A DNA stretch of 64,000 bases, taken from the NCBI GenBank assembly GCA_039802605.1, contig JBDRWW010000001.1, positions 96,001-160,000 of the forward strand. The letters run 5' to 3'. The number at the start of each line of letters is the position of its first letter. The stretch's first letter is position 1. The stretch is from a candidate division WOR-3 bacterium. Its GTDB lineage: Bacteria; Hydrothermota; Hydrothermia; LBFQ01. The translations under genes and the position numbers were made by a program. Shown here piece after piece: positions 1-10,633 of this stretch. The notes under the pieces were generated by a model, which was not told the DNA's origin, made no database searches, and saw nothing but the letters and a program-made list of their open reading frames with translations.

Positions 1-1599
1 CTCTTTAACCGCCGTCGTAGGATACATGGGTATCTTTATGTAAGAGGGATAGTTTGGAGAATGGTATATCTTGTTTGTAGCCACTAACTTAAAGGTATCG
101 TCCCTAACAAAGGGGCCTCCGTTGTTTGGATTTGCCTCAAATCTCGGATAATTTGCGGATGATATTATAACCATTATCCTATGCCCCGGCATAAAGGCCC
201 AAGCGGTTGCCCATACCTTAACCTCAACGGAATCAATACTTCCGGGGTTTAACAAAACCTCCCTATCAAACCCATACCTATACCTCGCCTTTATTATCCC
301 ATCGGATACGAGTATGGCCTTTCCATCCGGATAAACATCCGCTATTCTAACCGCAAAATCGGTATCGTACCTGTCGCTTTCTATATATAACTTCGCTATT
401 ATGTTCCCTATAACCACAACCGTATCGGTTAAAACATCGCTTTGGAAGACCAAAACATCGCTCCTTGAAAGCAACGGCCTCTGATCCTTTGGCCCAGTTC
501 CTCCCGGTAAAGACATCTCGTTGCCCCCTATCGTGGGCGTTGGGTCGTTTGGATCATAAACATAAACGGAAAAGCTATCCGATGAGGGTTTGTAAAGCCT
601 TAAAGTTCCATCCCCATGCAGATACCAATTTCTGTAATACAACCCCCTAGGTGGAAATGTATCCGCGTACGCCCATTCGTTTATACCAATTATGTAAAAC
701 TTAACCGGTGGTTCGTCCATTATTCCGTTATTAACCCCCTTAAGCCAATAATCGTACCACCTTCCAAGGGCATCGTTTAAATCGCCAAAGGATAGTGATG
801 CGTTTGATGGGAATGTTAAATCCCCTTGCGTGGTTTGTCCGAATGTCAAATGTCCCCAAGGGCCTATTATTATCTTCTGGTTTCCCCTTGCCAAAGGCCC
901 CCCGTTATATTGCAGGTTTATAAAGGCATTTATCTGGCTCTCCGAGAATATATCAAACCATCCGGCAAAGTGAAACATAGGGACGTTAACCGATGAAACC
1001 CTTTCGTCAAGGTTCATAATAGCCCAACTACTATCGTAATTTGGGTGATTTGCCACGGTATCTATAAGGTATCCTACGCCCAAGCCGTTTAGCCAGTTCT
1101 CAACGAGATTTTTTCTAAATTCTCCCCCATAAAAAGCCGCATAATGATATACACTATGGGCTCCAACCAATGGAACCGCGCATTTATAAGCCGGGTGTAA
1201 TGTTCCGGCTAACAGGTATTGGGTTATACCCATAGCGGAAAACCAAGAACCGCAAACCTTACCGGAAGACCAGCTCTGGGATATTATCCAATTAACCGCA
1301 TCGTATCCGTCCTGCAAATCGCCCCAACCGTCCGCGCGGAAAACGGAAGGCTCCCCTTCACTGCCCTGAAAACCCCTTAAACTCTGAATCACTAAGGCAT
1401 AACCCTTAACATCGGTTATGTAAGGGATAAAATAGTTTAAACCGACATCCGTCCGTCCATATGGGGTTCTGACAAGAATTGTATGGAGTCTCCCGGTATA
1501 AAATGTCGGTTTATATACATCGGTTGCCAACCTTATGCCATCCCTCATAGGAACCATATAAAACTCATGCGAATAAGTTGGCAAAACAATCCAAAGCAT
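1..1599 (-). CDS. CocE/NonD family serine hydrolase (X-Pro dipeptidyl-peptidase-like), 3' end runs off the window
   Basis: Absent from the ORF track (runs off the window edge). Manual translation from ATG 1599: MLWIVLPTYSHEFYMVPMRDGIRLATDVY...VRTPYG...SLRGFQGSEG...GKVCGSWFSAMG; ends in the window as ...IPMYPTTAVKE. The VPMRDG/RTPY/RG.xSEG motifs are typical of the family. Confidence 0.85.
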   Translation of the reverse strand, partial: MLWIVLPTYSHEFYMVPMRDGIRLATDVYKPTFYTGRLHTILVRTPYGRTDVGLNYFIPYITDVKGYALVIQSLRGFQGSEGEPSVFRADGWGDLQDGYDAVNWIISQSWSSGKVCGSWFSAMGITQYLLAGTLHPAYKCAVPLVGAHSVYHYAAFYGGEFRKNLVENWLNGLGVGYLIDTVANHPNYDSSWAIMNLDERVSSVNVPMFHFAGWFDIFSESQINAFINLQYNGGPLARGNQKIIIGPWGHLTFGQTTQGDLTFPSNASLSFGDLNDALGRWYDYWLKGVNNGIMDEPPVKFYIIGINEWAYADTFPPRGLYYRNWYLHGDGTLRLYKPSSDSFSVYVYDPNDPTPTIGGNEMSLPGGTGPKDQRPLLSRSDVLVFQSDVLTDTVVVIGNIIAKLYIESDRYDTDFAVRIADVYPDGKAILVSDGIIKARYRYGFDREVLLNPGSIDSVEVKVWATAWAFMPGHRIMVIISSANYPRFEANPNNGGPFVRDDTFKLVATNKIYHSPNYPSYIKIPMYPTTAVKE

Positions 1600-1606
1600 A
1601 TATGGG

Positions 1607-1639
1607 ATTTTAAAGTTGAAACTTTTTCGCCATTACAAT
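1607..1639. promoter_or_regulatory. Back-to-back -10 boxes of the divergent cocE-like and acyl-CoA dehydrogenase genes
   Basis: Minus strand: CAACTT-TAAAAT (1618-1607), 7 nt before ATG 1599. Plus strand: CGCCAT-TACAAT (1628-1639), 11 nt before ATG 1651. Confidence 0.6.
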
Positions 1640-1650
1640 ATTCGTTTTGT

Positions 1651-2760
1651 ATGGTTCCGGAAAAATTGGAAGATTTTAGGGAATACGTAAGGGAAATAGC
1701 GGAGAAATATGCTAAACCCTGGTCCATGATCGTTGATAAAGAGGACAGATTTGCAAAGGAAAGCGTGGAAGCCGTGTTTAAAGCAAACTTATCGGGCGTG
1801 ATAATTCCAAAAGAGTATGGGGGTTTGGGCTTATCAACAAAACATTATGTGGTACTTATAGAGGAATTGACGAGGGTTTGCCCTTCAACGGCCGTAACCT
1901 TTGCGGTAACCTCCGGACTCTCCGCGGGTTTCTTGATAAATTTCGCATCGGAAGGATTAAAAAGGGAGTATTTACCAAAGGTTGCAAGCGGGGAGTATAT
2001 AGGGGCTTTTGGTTTAACGGAACCTTGCTGCGGTTCGGATGCGGGAAGTATAAGAACCAAGGCGGAAGAGGTTGAAGGGGGTTTTAGGATTTATGGACAA
2101 AAAATATTTATAACAAATGCATCCGTTGCGAAATTCGTTATAACCATGGCAAAAAGCGATCCCGAAAAGGGGAAAAACGGTATAACCGCCTTTTTGGTTG
2201 ATACCGACAGCTATGGATTTTCGGTTATTAAGAACGAGGATAAGCTCGGGTGGAGGGGTTCGGTAACATCCGCAATATCTTATGATGGGGTTTTTGTCCC
2301 CTATGAAAAGATCATAGGGAAAAGGGGTGAGGGTTTTAAGTACGCATTGGCCTCTTTGGATGCCGGAAGGATAGGGATAGCCGCAATGGGTTTGGGAACC
2401 ATAAAAAGGGCATTGGAAATTTCCTTGGAATATGTTAAGGGAAATCGCCTAATCAACAACGAGTCCTTTTCTTTCAGGTTGTCAGATCTCCATTGGATGT
2501 ATGAAACCGCAAGGGAATACACATTTAAGGCGGCGGAATTAAAGGATAGGGGTGAAAACTTTACAAGGGAAGCGGCAACGGCCAAATTGGTGGCTTCGGA
2601 ATTCGCCATGAAGGCTGTTAATATAATGTTGGATATTTTGGGACCGGATGGTGTTGTTTGGGGGGAGGCGGAAAGGTTGTTCAGGGATACAAAGATTTTG
2701 GAAATAGGTGAGGGAACGAGTGAGGTTCAAAGGCTCGTAATTTCCCGATCCCTTTTGTGA
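1651..2760 (+). CDS. Acyl-CoA dehydrogenase (short/branched-chain type)
   Basis: GAFGLTEP..GSDA, GQKIFITN, LDAGRIGIAA, IGEGTSEVQR motifs. Start moved from 1483 to ATG 1651 because the upstream part overlaps the divergent cocE-like gene. Confidence 0.9.
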   Translation: MVPEKLEDFREYVREIAEKYAKPWSMIVDKEDRFAKESVEAVFKANLSGVIIPKEYGGLGLSTKHYVVLIEELTRVCPSTAVTFAVTSGLSAGFLINFASEGLKREYLPKVASGEYIGAFGLTEPCCGSDAGSIRTKAEEVEGGFRIYGQKIFITNASVAKFVITMAKSDPEKGKNGITAFLVDTDSYGFSVIKNEDKLGWRGSVTSAISYDGVFVPYEKIIGKRGEGFKYALASLDAGRIGIAAMGLGTIKRALEISLEYVKGNRLINNESFSFRLSDLHWMYETAREYTFKAAELKDRGENFTREAATAKLVASEFAMKAVNIMLDILGPDGVVWGEAERLFRDTKILEIGEGTSEVQRLVISRSLL

Positions 2761-3632
2761 TACCCGTAATCGTAGGCCCAACGGGTAGCGGTAAAACCGA
2801 ATTGGCAATTGATTTGGCGAGGAATTACGGTTTCATCGTTATAAACGCGGACAGCAGAAAGGTTTATAAATATCTTGATATAGGCACGGCAAAACCATCA
2901 AAAGAACAAAGAAAATTTTACCGTTTAATTGATATTCTGGAACCCTGTGAAGAATTCTCGGCTTATAAATGGGCGGAATTGGCGGAAGGGGAAATTGAAA
3001 ATTTGTTAAAAGAAGGCAAGAGGGTTATAATTGAAGGGGCAAGCGTTTTGTATTTAAAGGCCTTGTTTGAGGGTTTTTTTGAACATCCGCAAATACCAAA
3101 GGAAATAAGGGAACAGGCCAAAAGGCTCGCCGAATCGGGCGAAGGTTATAAAATACTTTTGGAAAGGGATGAGGAAACGGCAAAAAAAATTCATCCAAAC
3201 GATAAATACAGGATAAGTAGGGCCTTGGAAGTTTTGCTGGCAACGGGAAAACCGATATCCGCATTGAGAAAAGGGGGTAAAAGGCCGAAGTTTAAACCAA
3301 TTTATTTTTTAATAGACATAACGAGGGAAATACTTTACAGGAGGATAGAGGAAAGGGCTAAGGAAATGTTTGATAAGGGCTTGATTGATGAAACCAAGGA
3401 AATTTTAAAAAAATACCCGTGTTTTAAGGAATGGGGGAAAAAGGTTGTTGCGTACAAACAGGCCTTGGAGTTTTTAGAGGGCAAATACGATTATGAGACC
3501 GCAATTAGAAAGAAGGCAAAAGCGGATAAAGATTTGGCGAGGAGGCAGTTGAGGTTTATGAAAACCCTAAAACCCATAATAAAAATCCCTTTCAATCGTA
3601 AAGAACTTCTTCTATCGTTCCTCCACCTATAA
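2757..3632 (+). CDS. miaA: tRNA dimethylallyltransferase
   Basis: GPTGSGKT P-loop, DS..VYKYLDIGTAKPS, IHPND..RI.RALEV, LARRQ motifs. Confidence 0.9.
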   Translation: MIPVIVGPTGSGKTELAIDLARNYGFIVINADSRKVYKYLDIGTAKPSKEQRKFYRLIDILEPCEEFSAYKWAELAEGEIENLLKEGKRVIIEGASVLYLKALFEGFFEHPQIPKEIREQAKRLAESGEGYKILLERDEETAKKIHPNDKYRISRALEVLLATGKPISALRKGGKRPKFKPIYFLIDITREILYRRIEERAKEMFDKGLIDETKEILKKYPCFKEWGKKVVAYKQALEFLEGKYDYETAIRKKAKADKDLARRQLRFMKTLKPIIKIPFNRKELLLSFLHL

Positions 3633-4638
3633 GGTAATCGCCGATATAAAAAGCCACCCCCTGACCGGGGGTTGGGGCAAATTGGGGTTCTTGAAACTCA
3701 ATTAATGCATAATCCTCCAAAACCCTTACATTTGCCCTTTTCGTTGATATACCCGCCCTAACTTGAACATCCGATACGAACTCATTTCCGGGAAAATAAT
3801 GCCAATTTAAATCCGATGCCTTTATCCCCTTGGCCATAACGCCTTCAAGGTCATCAAGGATTATATCCCCGTTCTTAAAGGCCTTAACATAAACCCTTTT
3901 ACCAATGGCCACATTCAAACCCTTTCTCTGGCCTATGGTGTAATAAAAAGTTCCCTTGTGGGTTCCCACAACTTTTCCTTTATATATAAACTTACCCGGC
4001 TTTGCTTTTAACCCCCTTTCAATCAAAAAATTCCTGTAATCCCCATCGACAAAACATAAATCCTGAGATTCCGGCTTTTTGGCCGTAGGTAACCCCACTT
4101 CAAGTGCAAGTTTTCTAACCTCCTCCTTTGTCATATCACCTAAGGGGAATATAAGCCTTGGTATCCAATCCTTTGGTATCCGGAACATAAAATAGGATTG
4201 ATCCTTTTTCCTATCCCTACCCCTCATCATGAGTTCAACGCCTTCATAAGAGCCCTTCTTTATATAATGACCGGTTGCCACAAATTCCGCCCCTATTTTA
4301 TCGGCAAAATCAAACAAGGCCTTAATTTTGTAATCCCTATTACAAAAAAGACAAGGGTTAGGAGTTCTATTATTTGCGTATTCGCTTACAAAATAGCCTA
4401 TAATATCCCTTTTAAAGCCTTCCGAGTAGTCCAATTCGTGGAATTCTATACCCAATTTTATCGCCACCCTTTTTGCCAATTGTGCGGAACCTATACTGCA
4501 ACAGGCGTAAGGGTTTTTCGCCTCTTTATATAACAACACCGTAGCACCCACCACATCATAACCGCATTCCTTCAATAAATAAGCCGCTACGGAACTATCA
4601 ACACCCCCCGACAAACCGACTACAACCTTACCCCTCAT
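3592..4638 (-). CDS. mnmA: tRNA-specific 2-thiouridylase
   Basis: SGGVDS PP-loop, TPNPC..CN, ATGHY, KDQSYF, ESQDLCF, YTIGQRKGL, PGQ motifs. Confidence 0.95.
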   Translation of the reverse strand: MRGKVVVGLSGGVDSSVAAYLLKECGYDVVGATVLLYKEAKNPYACCSIGSAQLAKRVAIKLGIEFHELDYSEGFKRDIIGYFVSEYANNRTPNPCLFCNRDYKIKALFDFADKIGAEFVATGHYIKKGSYEGVELMMRGRDRKKDQSYFMFRIPKDWIPRLIFPLGDMTKEEVRKLALEVGLPTAKKPESQDLCFVDGDYRNFLIERGLKAKPGKFIYKGKVVGTHKGTFYYTIGQRKGLNVAIGKRVYVKAFKNGDIILDDLEGVMAKGIKASDLNWHYFPGNEFVSDVQVRAGISTKRANVRVLEDYALIEFQEPQFAPTPGQGVAFYIGDYLIGGGTIEEVLYD

Positions 4639-6508
4639 CAACCCCTTCCTTGCCTGAATACTTGGGTCTCGTATGCTTATATGTTAGCAAAAGGGGTATA
4701 AACGCCTCTTTTATCCTCTCCAAATCCCCCCTTGAAAGCGGCACCCAATCCAACTGGCCATCCTTTAACTTGTCCTCAAAAACCCTATTTAAAATTTCCC
4801 TTATTTCCGACTCCTTCGTGACACTTCTTGAAGCCGCCTCAACGGAATCCGCCAGCATGACTATTGCCTCCTCTGGGGTTTTGGGTTTTGGACCGGGATA
4901 CCTAAATTGATCCTCGGAATATGGGAGCTTAGAAGCCTTTGCCTTCAAATAGAATGGCAATAATAGTGATGTTCCGTGATGCGATGCGATTATATTTATA
5001 ACCTCTTCGGGCAAATTGTGTTTTCTTGCCAGCTCTATTCCTTTTTTCACATGGGAAATTATTATCCTCGCGCTGTTTACGGGGTCGAGTTTATCATGCG
5101 GATTTTCGTCCCCAATCTGGTTTTCTATAAAATACTCTGGGTTAAATATCTTTCCTATATCGTGATAATAACCGCCAACTTTCGCCAATAAGGGATTGGC
5201 GCCCACAACCCTCGCGGCCGCTTCGGCCAAATGTCCCACGGCTATTGAATGGGCAAATGTACCCGGCGCCTTTTCGGATAATTCCTTTAACAATGGGTGG
5301 TCAAAGGATGACAATTCCAAAAGGGAGTATTCCGTAGTTTTGTGGAAAATCTGTTCAATATTGGGTAAGAAAAGGATATGGGCACTGGTAGAAACAAAAG
5401 AAGAGAGCGAAACCCATAATAACAGCTCCTTGAGGTTCTCAAATTCAAAGTAATTTACCTCTATAAACGGGGAGGAAACAAGGGCAGAAATCGTTCCGGC
5501 TATAAACATTAAAAGGATAATGTATATGTTTTGTATCCTCCTTTTAAAAACCTTTACACCCATTGAAGAAACGATGGCCATTGAGCCTATGTATAGGGGT
5601 ATGGTTAGCCCAAAATCGTAATTAACCCCCATAACAACCGCAAGGATCATGGTTAAACCTATCCCCAAGGTGGGTGTATCCAAGGAAGAGACCGATAGGG
5701 CTATTAATGGCGATAGCGTAAAGAAGGGGGAAAGGTTTGTAAAATGATGGATAAGCGTTTCAAGCAAAAATACCAAAGAGAATACGAATACCGAAGCGGA
5801 GGACGGAACATCCCACCTCCTAAGGTAAAAGCCTATGAATATAAATATCCCAAGTATAAAACATAGAATCGCAAAGGCTATTCTTTTGGGTTTTATGCTC
5901 GTTTCTTTATAAGCCTTTAAAATCCGCAAGGTGGTATCATTAACTATTTCACCGCGCGAAACCAAAACCTCACCCGGATTTATAACAAACTCTATTTTAC
6001 CTATGTTCTTCAACTGTAAATTTACATACTCACGGGTTAGGGAAGAATCGTAAACTATTGTCGGAAATATGAACATACAAAGGGTATCATCCCCCTCACA
6101 TATATCCTTCATTGAAGGGAAATTGGCCCCGAGGGCCGGCACATACTCTCCATTCTCGTATATCAATATTTGTCCGTTAAATTTTGGTTCTATTATACCC
6201 CTCTGCATAATCGCCAAAGCCTTTGTCCTAAATCTTTCGGTATTAGGTATAAACTTTGAGAGACTTTCGGATAATATCCTCAAAGAATCGTAAAATTCTA
6301 TCCTTCTATACACCAGAGGGGAAGAGTTGATGATTTCTAAGGAGTCTTGCCTTAGCCTTTCGGGAGATTTTTCAACGACGATTTTCCTGTTGGCTATAAT
6401 GGTTCTCTTTACAACATCCCCTATTTCGTAATTCAAACCGTCTTTGTAAAAGAAGCCACCCAAAGTTATTACGAGGGATATTATAAGGGCTTTAACTATC
6501 CTACTCAC
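4628..6508 (-). CDS. 7TM-HD (HDIG) membrane phosphohydrolase, PgpH-like
   Basis: Extracytoplasmic N-domain, about 7 hydrophobic helices, then APGTFAHS, YHDIGK, YFIENQ, HHGT, RYPGPKP, LADSVEAASRS; lies downstream of phoH as is usual. Confidence 0.88.
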   Translation of the reverse strand: MSRIVKALIISLVITLGGFFYKDGLNYEIGDVVKRTIIANRKIVVEKSPERLRQDSLEIINSSPLVYRRIEFYDSLRILSESLSKFIPNTERFRTKALAIMQRGIIEPKFNGQILIYENGEYVPALGANFPSMKDICEGDDTLCMFIFPTIVYDSSLTREYVNLQLKNIGKIEFVINPGEVLVSRGEIVNDTTLRILKAYKETSIKPKRIAFAILCFILGIFIFIGFYLRRWDVPSSASVFVFSLVFLLETLIHHFTNLSPFFTLSPLIALSVSSLDTPTLGIGLTMILAVVMGVNYDFGLTIPLYIGSMAIVSSMGVKVFKRRIQNIYIILLMFIAGTISALVSSPFIEVNYFEFENLKELLLWVSLSSFVSTSAHILFLPNIEQIFHKTTEYSLLELSSFDHPLLKELSEKAPGTFAHSIAVGHLAEAAARVVGANPLLAKVGGYYHDIGKIFNPEYFIENQIGDENPHDKLDPVNSARIIISHVKKGIELARKHNLPEEVINIIASHHGTSLLLPFYLKAKASKLPYSEDQFRYPGPKPKTPEEAIVMLADSVEAASRSVTKESEIREILNRVFEDKLKDGQLDWVPLSRGDLERIKEAFIPLLLTYKHTRPKYSGKEGVDEG

Positions 6509-7407
6509 AAGCCGTGTTTTTCATAGGCCTCTATAATCTTTTTGACTATTCTATGCCTTGAAACATCTTCTTTTTCAAAATATACAAAACCTATACCCTC
6601 AATGCCTTGGAGTATATTTAAAGCCTCCGACAAACCGGATTTCTCGTTCTTGGGGAGGTCAATCTGGGTAATATCTCCGGTTATAACAACCTTTGACCTG
6701 GGACCTATGCGCGTTAAGAACATTTTCATCTGAACGGCCTTCGTATTTTGCGCTTCATCCAAAATTATAAAAGCATCGGAAAGGGTTCTACCCCTCATAT
6801 ACGCCAATGGGGCAATTTCCACTATCCTCGCATCCATCATGCGGCGCACCTTATCGTAAGGAACCATTGAAAATAGGGCATCGTATAGGGGTATGAGGTA
6901 AGGATAAACCTTTTCTTCATAAGTTCCCGGCAAATAACCCAAACTCTCACCTGCTTCAACGGCCGGACGGGTTAGTATAATCCTCTCAATCTTTCCCTCC
7001 CTCAAATACTTTACGGCCATAGCCACCGCCAAGAAGGTCTTACCCGTACCCGCGGGACCTATGGCAAACACTATATCGTTTTCCTCAATGGCCTTTATGT
7101 AATACTTTTGCCTTTCGGTTAAGGGTTTTATCTTCTTTTTGAATGTGATTATTACATCGTCGTCGGAAGCTATTCCATCATCCAAACCGCCGCTTTCCGC
7201 AAGTTCGGCATCGGAGCCCTCTATCATCTTCATAATCTTATCCTTTACCATTTCCACATCGCTTTCCGAACCCCTAAGCCTCAGCTCCGAACCCTTTGCT
7301 ATTATCTTGACGGACGGATACATCTTTTTTAATTCCTTTAAACGCTCGTCATACGCACCAAAAACCTCTAAAATTTTATCTTCCGGTACGATTATCCTTA
7401 TTTCCAT
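6505..7407 (-). CDS. phoH: PhoH-like ATPase with N-terminal KH-like domain
   Basis: GPAGTGKT, RPAVEAGE.LGYLPG, APLAYMRGRTL, DEAQN, GDITQIDLP; SD GGAGGAAGGGG upstream. Confidence 0.93.
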   Translation of the reverse strand: MEIRIIVPEDKILEVFGAYDERLKELKKMYPSVKIIAKGSELRLRGSESDVEMVKDKIMKMIEGSDAELAESGGLDDGIASDDDVIITFKKKIKPLTERQKYYIKAIEENDIVFAIGPAGTGKTFLAVAMAVKYLREGKIERIILTRPAVEAGESLGYLPGTYEEKVYPYLIPLYDALFSMVPYDKVRRMMDARIVEIAPLAYMRGRTLSDAFIILDEAQNTKAVQMKMFLTRIGPRSKVVITGDITQIDLPKNEKSGLSEALNILQGIEGIGFVYFEKEDVSRHRIVKKIIEAYEKHGL

Positions 7408-7434
7408 ATCTTCCCCTTCCTCCTAAGGGTGAAA

Positions 7435-7485
7435 ATTATAAAGTTGAAAAACATCACTAGGTTAAAATTCTCACAGGTGTAGAAT
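7435..7485. promoter_or_regulatory. Divergent -10 boxes for phoH and ndk
   Basis: Minus strand: CAACTT-TATAAT (7446-7435), followed by a leader with SD. Plus strand: CACAGGTG-TAGAAT (7472-7485), 8 nt before ATG 7494. Confidence 0.6.
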
Positions 7486-7493
7486 TTCCGTTT

Positions 7494-7895
7494 ATGGAAA
7501 GGACCCTTTTAATGATAAAACCCGACGCGGTGGAGAAAAAATTGATAGGCAGAATAATATGGTTATTGGAGGAAAACGGGTTTAAAATTCTACAAATAAG
7601 GAGTAAGAATTTTTCAAGGGATGAAGCGGAAAGGTTTTACGAAGTTCATAAGGGCAAGCCTTTTTTTAACAGTTTGGTGGATTACATTACGAGCGGTATG
7701 GTTGTTGGTATAATGCTTGAGAGAGAAAATGCCGTGGAAAAACTTAGGGAATTGGTGGGGGCTACGGATCCAAAGAATGCAAGGCTTGGAACCATAAGGG
7801 CTATGTTTGGCGAAAACATAGAGAGGAATGCCGTTCACGCTTCGGATACGCCTCAAAACGCGGAAAGGGAACTGAAATTCTTTTTTGAGATATGA
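7494..7895 (+). CDS. ndk: Nucleoside diphosphate kinase
   Basis: ERTLLMIKPDAV, GTIR, NAVHASD motifs. Confidence 0.97.
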   Translation: MERTLLMIKPDAVEKKLIGRIIWLLEENGFKILQIRSKNFSRDEAERFYEVHKGKPFFNSLVDYITSGMVVGIMLERENAVEKLRELVGATDPKNARLGTIRAMFGENIERNAVHASDTPQNAERELKFFFEI

Positions 7896-9433
7896 GCATA
7901 GAGGAAAAGTTAAGGCAATTAAAGGAGTTAAGGGAAAAGGCCCTTAAAGGGGGAGGGGAAGAGAAGATAAAAAAACAGCATGAAAAGGGTAAATTAACCG
8001 CAAGGGAGCGTATAGATTATCTGCTGGACGACGGATCTTTTATGGAAATAGGGATGTTTATAACCCATAGGAATCCGGATCTTGGAGAAAAATACTTGGG
8101 GGATGGGGTTGTGGCCGGCTTTGGAACCATAGATGGAAGGCCTGTTGCCGTTTTCGCGCATGACTTTACCGTTATAGGTGGCACGGTTTCGGAGGCAAAC
8201 GCCAAGAAAATCGTTCAAATTATGGATACGGCTTTGAGAGTCGGAATACCGGTTATAGGTCTAAACGATTCGGGGGGAGCGAGGATACAAGACGGCGTGG
8301 CCTCCTTAGGGGGATATGCGGAAATATTTTTGAGGAATGTCATGGCTTCCGGGGTAATACCCCAAATATCCGCTATACTGGGACCATGTGCCGGGGGAGC
8401 CGTTTATAGTCCCGCCATAACGGATTTTATCTTTATGAGAAGGGGGGTAAGTTATATGTATATCACAGGCCCGGATGTGGTGAAAGCCGTAACTCACGAG
8501 GATGTTACGCATGAAACCCTTGGGGGAGCGGATATACACGCCGAAAAGTCTGGTGTAGCCCACTTCGTTTATGATACGGAAACCGAAATATTTGAGGGTA
8601 TTAGAAAACTATTGTCTTATATCCCTTCAAATAATACCGAAGAACCCCCTTATATTGATACCGATGACCCTGAGGACAGGGAAGACGAGGAATTGAACTA
8701 TATAGTCCCCACCGATCCATATCAAGCCTATGATATGAAGGAGGTTATAAAAAGGATCGTTGATAACGGCGAATTTTTTGAGGTTCATGAAAACTTTGCA
8801 CCAAACATAATAGTGGGGTTTGCGAGATTGGGGGGATATAGCGTTGGAATAGTTGCCCAACAGCCGTTGCATTTGGCGGGAGCCATAGACATCAACGCAT
8901 CCATAAAGGCCGCGAGGTTTGTTAGGTTTTGCGATGCATTTAACATACCGATAATAACCTTTGAAGATGTGCCCGGATTTTTACCCGGAACCGAACAGGA
9001 ACACGGTGGAATAATAAGGCATGGTGCCAAATTGCTCTTTGCATATGCCGAGGCTACGGTTCCAAAAATAACCGTTGTAACGAGGAAATCCTACGGCGGG
9101 GCGTATTGCGTGTTGGCATCCAAACAGATAAGGGCGGATTTTAATTTTGCATGGCCTATGGCAGAATTTGCCGTTATGGGTCCGGAAGGGGCGGTAAAGA
9201 TAATATACCGTAAAGAAATAGAAGGAAGCGAAAACCCCGAAGAAATTATAGAAAAACTCACCAAACGGTATAGGGAAAAATTCACAAACCCCTATTATGT
9301 CGCCTCGCTTGGATACATAGACGATGTAATAGAACCATCAAAAACAAGGCCTATACTAATAAAGGCGCTTAAATTAACCCGGAACAAGAGGCAAACCTTA
9401 CCGCCAAAGAAACACGATAATATACCCCTTTGA
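7892..9433 (+). CDS. Acyl-CoA carboxylase/decarboxylase carboxyltransferase subunit (PccB/MmdA-like)
   Basis: GKLTARER, DSGGARIQ, GPCAGGAVYSPA, DVPGFLPG, KKHDNIPL C-terminus. Confidence 0.93.
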   Translation: MSIEEKLRQLKELREKALKGGGEEKIKKQHEKGKLTARERIDYLLDDGSFMEIGMFITHRNPDLGEKYLGDGVVAGFGTIDGRPVAVFAHDFTVIGGTVSEANAKKIVQIMDTALRVGIPVIGLNDSGGARIQDGVASLGGYAEIFLRNVMASGVIPQISAILGPCAGGAVYSPAITDFIFMRRGVSYMYITGPDVVKAVTHEDVTHETLGGADIHAEKSGVAHFVYDTETEIFEGIRKLLSYIPSNNTEEPPYIDTDDPEDREDEELNYIVPTDPYQAYDMKEVIKRIVDNGEFFEVHENFAPNIIVGFARLGGYSVGIVAQQPLHLAGAIDINASIKAARFVRFCDAFNIPIITFEDVPGFLPGTEQEHGGIIRHGAKLLFAYAEATVPKITVVTRKSYGGAYCVLASKQIRADFNFAWPMAEFAVMGPEGAVKIIYRKEIEGSENPEEIIEKLTKRYREKFTNPYYVASLGYIDDVIEPSKTRPILIKALKLTRNKRQTLPPKKHDNIPL

Positions 9434-10566
9434 AAAACCGAATAATACTCCTTTCGGCTTTGCTACTCTGTACATTTGGAGTTTTAAATCTGCTTCCCAG
9501 TGTGGATTTGGTTATAAGGCAGACCCTTTACATACTCTTTTCCCTCGGGATATTTTTATTCGTTCGCGGAATTAATATTAGGGTAATTTTGGAATTTTCA
9601 AGGGTTTTGTACATTATAACCCTTGTATTACTCATTCTCGTACTCTTTGTGGGTACGGGTTCAGGGGGTGTTAATAGGTGGATAAACTTGGGAATAATAA
9701 ACTTTCAACCATCGGAATTGGCAAAAGTTTCCATACCTCTATTCCTCCTTACCTTGGAGGGAGACATAAAGAAACTAATCGCCGGTCTTGTTCCGGCCTT
9801 TCTTATACTCATAGAACCGGATCTTGCCACATCAACGGTTATAGTATTTTTAACCTGGATTGTTGTATTCATAACCACAAGAAATTTACCCTTTGTGATA
9901 TACTTGGCATCCATACCCTTAGCGACCATTTTTTCATTTTCAAAAATTCCCTTCGGAATATTCCTGGGTGCTATTTCCTTATCTTTTATGCTCCTAAGGG
10001 TTAAGTTTGAATGGTTGGTCGGTGCCATTTTATCCCTTATATTTGTGGGACTTATAACACCCGTAATATGGGAAAGGGGTTTAAAGGATTATCAGAGGAA
10101 ACGGATACTCGCCATTATAAACCCTTCGGAACATACTGAAAAGCTCTGGCAAACATATCAATCAAGAATAGCCTTAGCAAATGCTGGACCTTTTGGGAAA
10201 GGTATATACGGGGCCACACAAAAACTTTACGGATATTTACCCGCTTCGCATACAGATTTTGCCTTTTCCTCATTTGTTGAAACATACGGATTTGTAGGGG
10301 GATTTATTGTACTATCACTAACCGCTATAATGGTTTTTAGTATTCTATCTACGGCTTTTTCCGAAGATGTAATTTTAAGGAATATATCGGTAGTCGTTGG
10401 ATCCTTCTTTACATACCAATCGTTTGCAAACATGATGTCGGTTTTTGGGGTATTTCCCGTCGCCGGAATACCATACCCGTTTTTAAGTTTTGGGGGAAGT
10501 CATATAATATCCGAGTGGTTATTTTTGGCCGTTTTGTTTTCCGCTTATACATGGAAAACTTCGTAA
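9430..10566 (+). CDS. rodA: SEDS peptidoglycan glycosyltransferase, RodA-like
   Basis: RWI..G..FQPSELAK, EPDL, LKDYQRKRI, LP.SHTDF, P.PFLSFGGS; multi-pass membrane protein. Confidence 0.8.
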   Translation: MKNRIILLSALLLCTFGVLNLLPSVDLVIRQTLYILFSLGIFLFVRGINIRVILEFSRVLYIITLVLLILVLFVGTGSGGVNRWINLGIINFQPSELAKVSIPLFLLTLEGDIKKLIAGLVPAFLILIEPDLATSTVIVFLTWIVVFITTRNLPFVIYLASIPLATIFSFSKIPFGIFLGAISLSFMLLRVKFEWLVGAILSLIFVGLITPVIWERGLKDYQRKRILAIINPSEHTEKLWQTYQSRIALANAGPFGKGIYGATQKLYGYLPASHTDFAFSSFVETYGFVGGFIVLSLTAIMVFSILSTAFSEDVILRNISVVVGSFFTYQSFANMMSVFGVFPVAGIPYPFLSFGGSHIISEWLFLAVLFSAYTWKTS

Positions 10567-10633
10567 AAATTGCTGGGAAGGGCAATCTTAAAGGCTTTAG
10601 TAAAGGGAAACCTTAGGGAAAGGAACTACAAAT

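Noticed and set aside
1483..1650. N-terminal extension of the acyl-CoA dehydrogenase in the ORF track
   Set aside because: It overlaps the divergent cocE-like gene and both promoters; family similarity begins at ATG 1651
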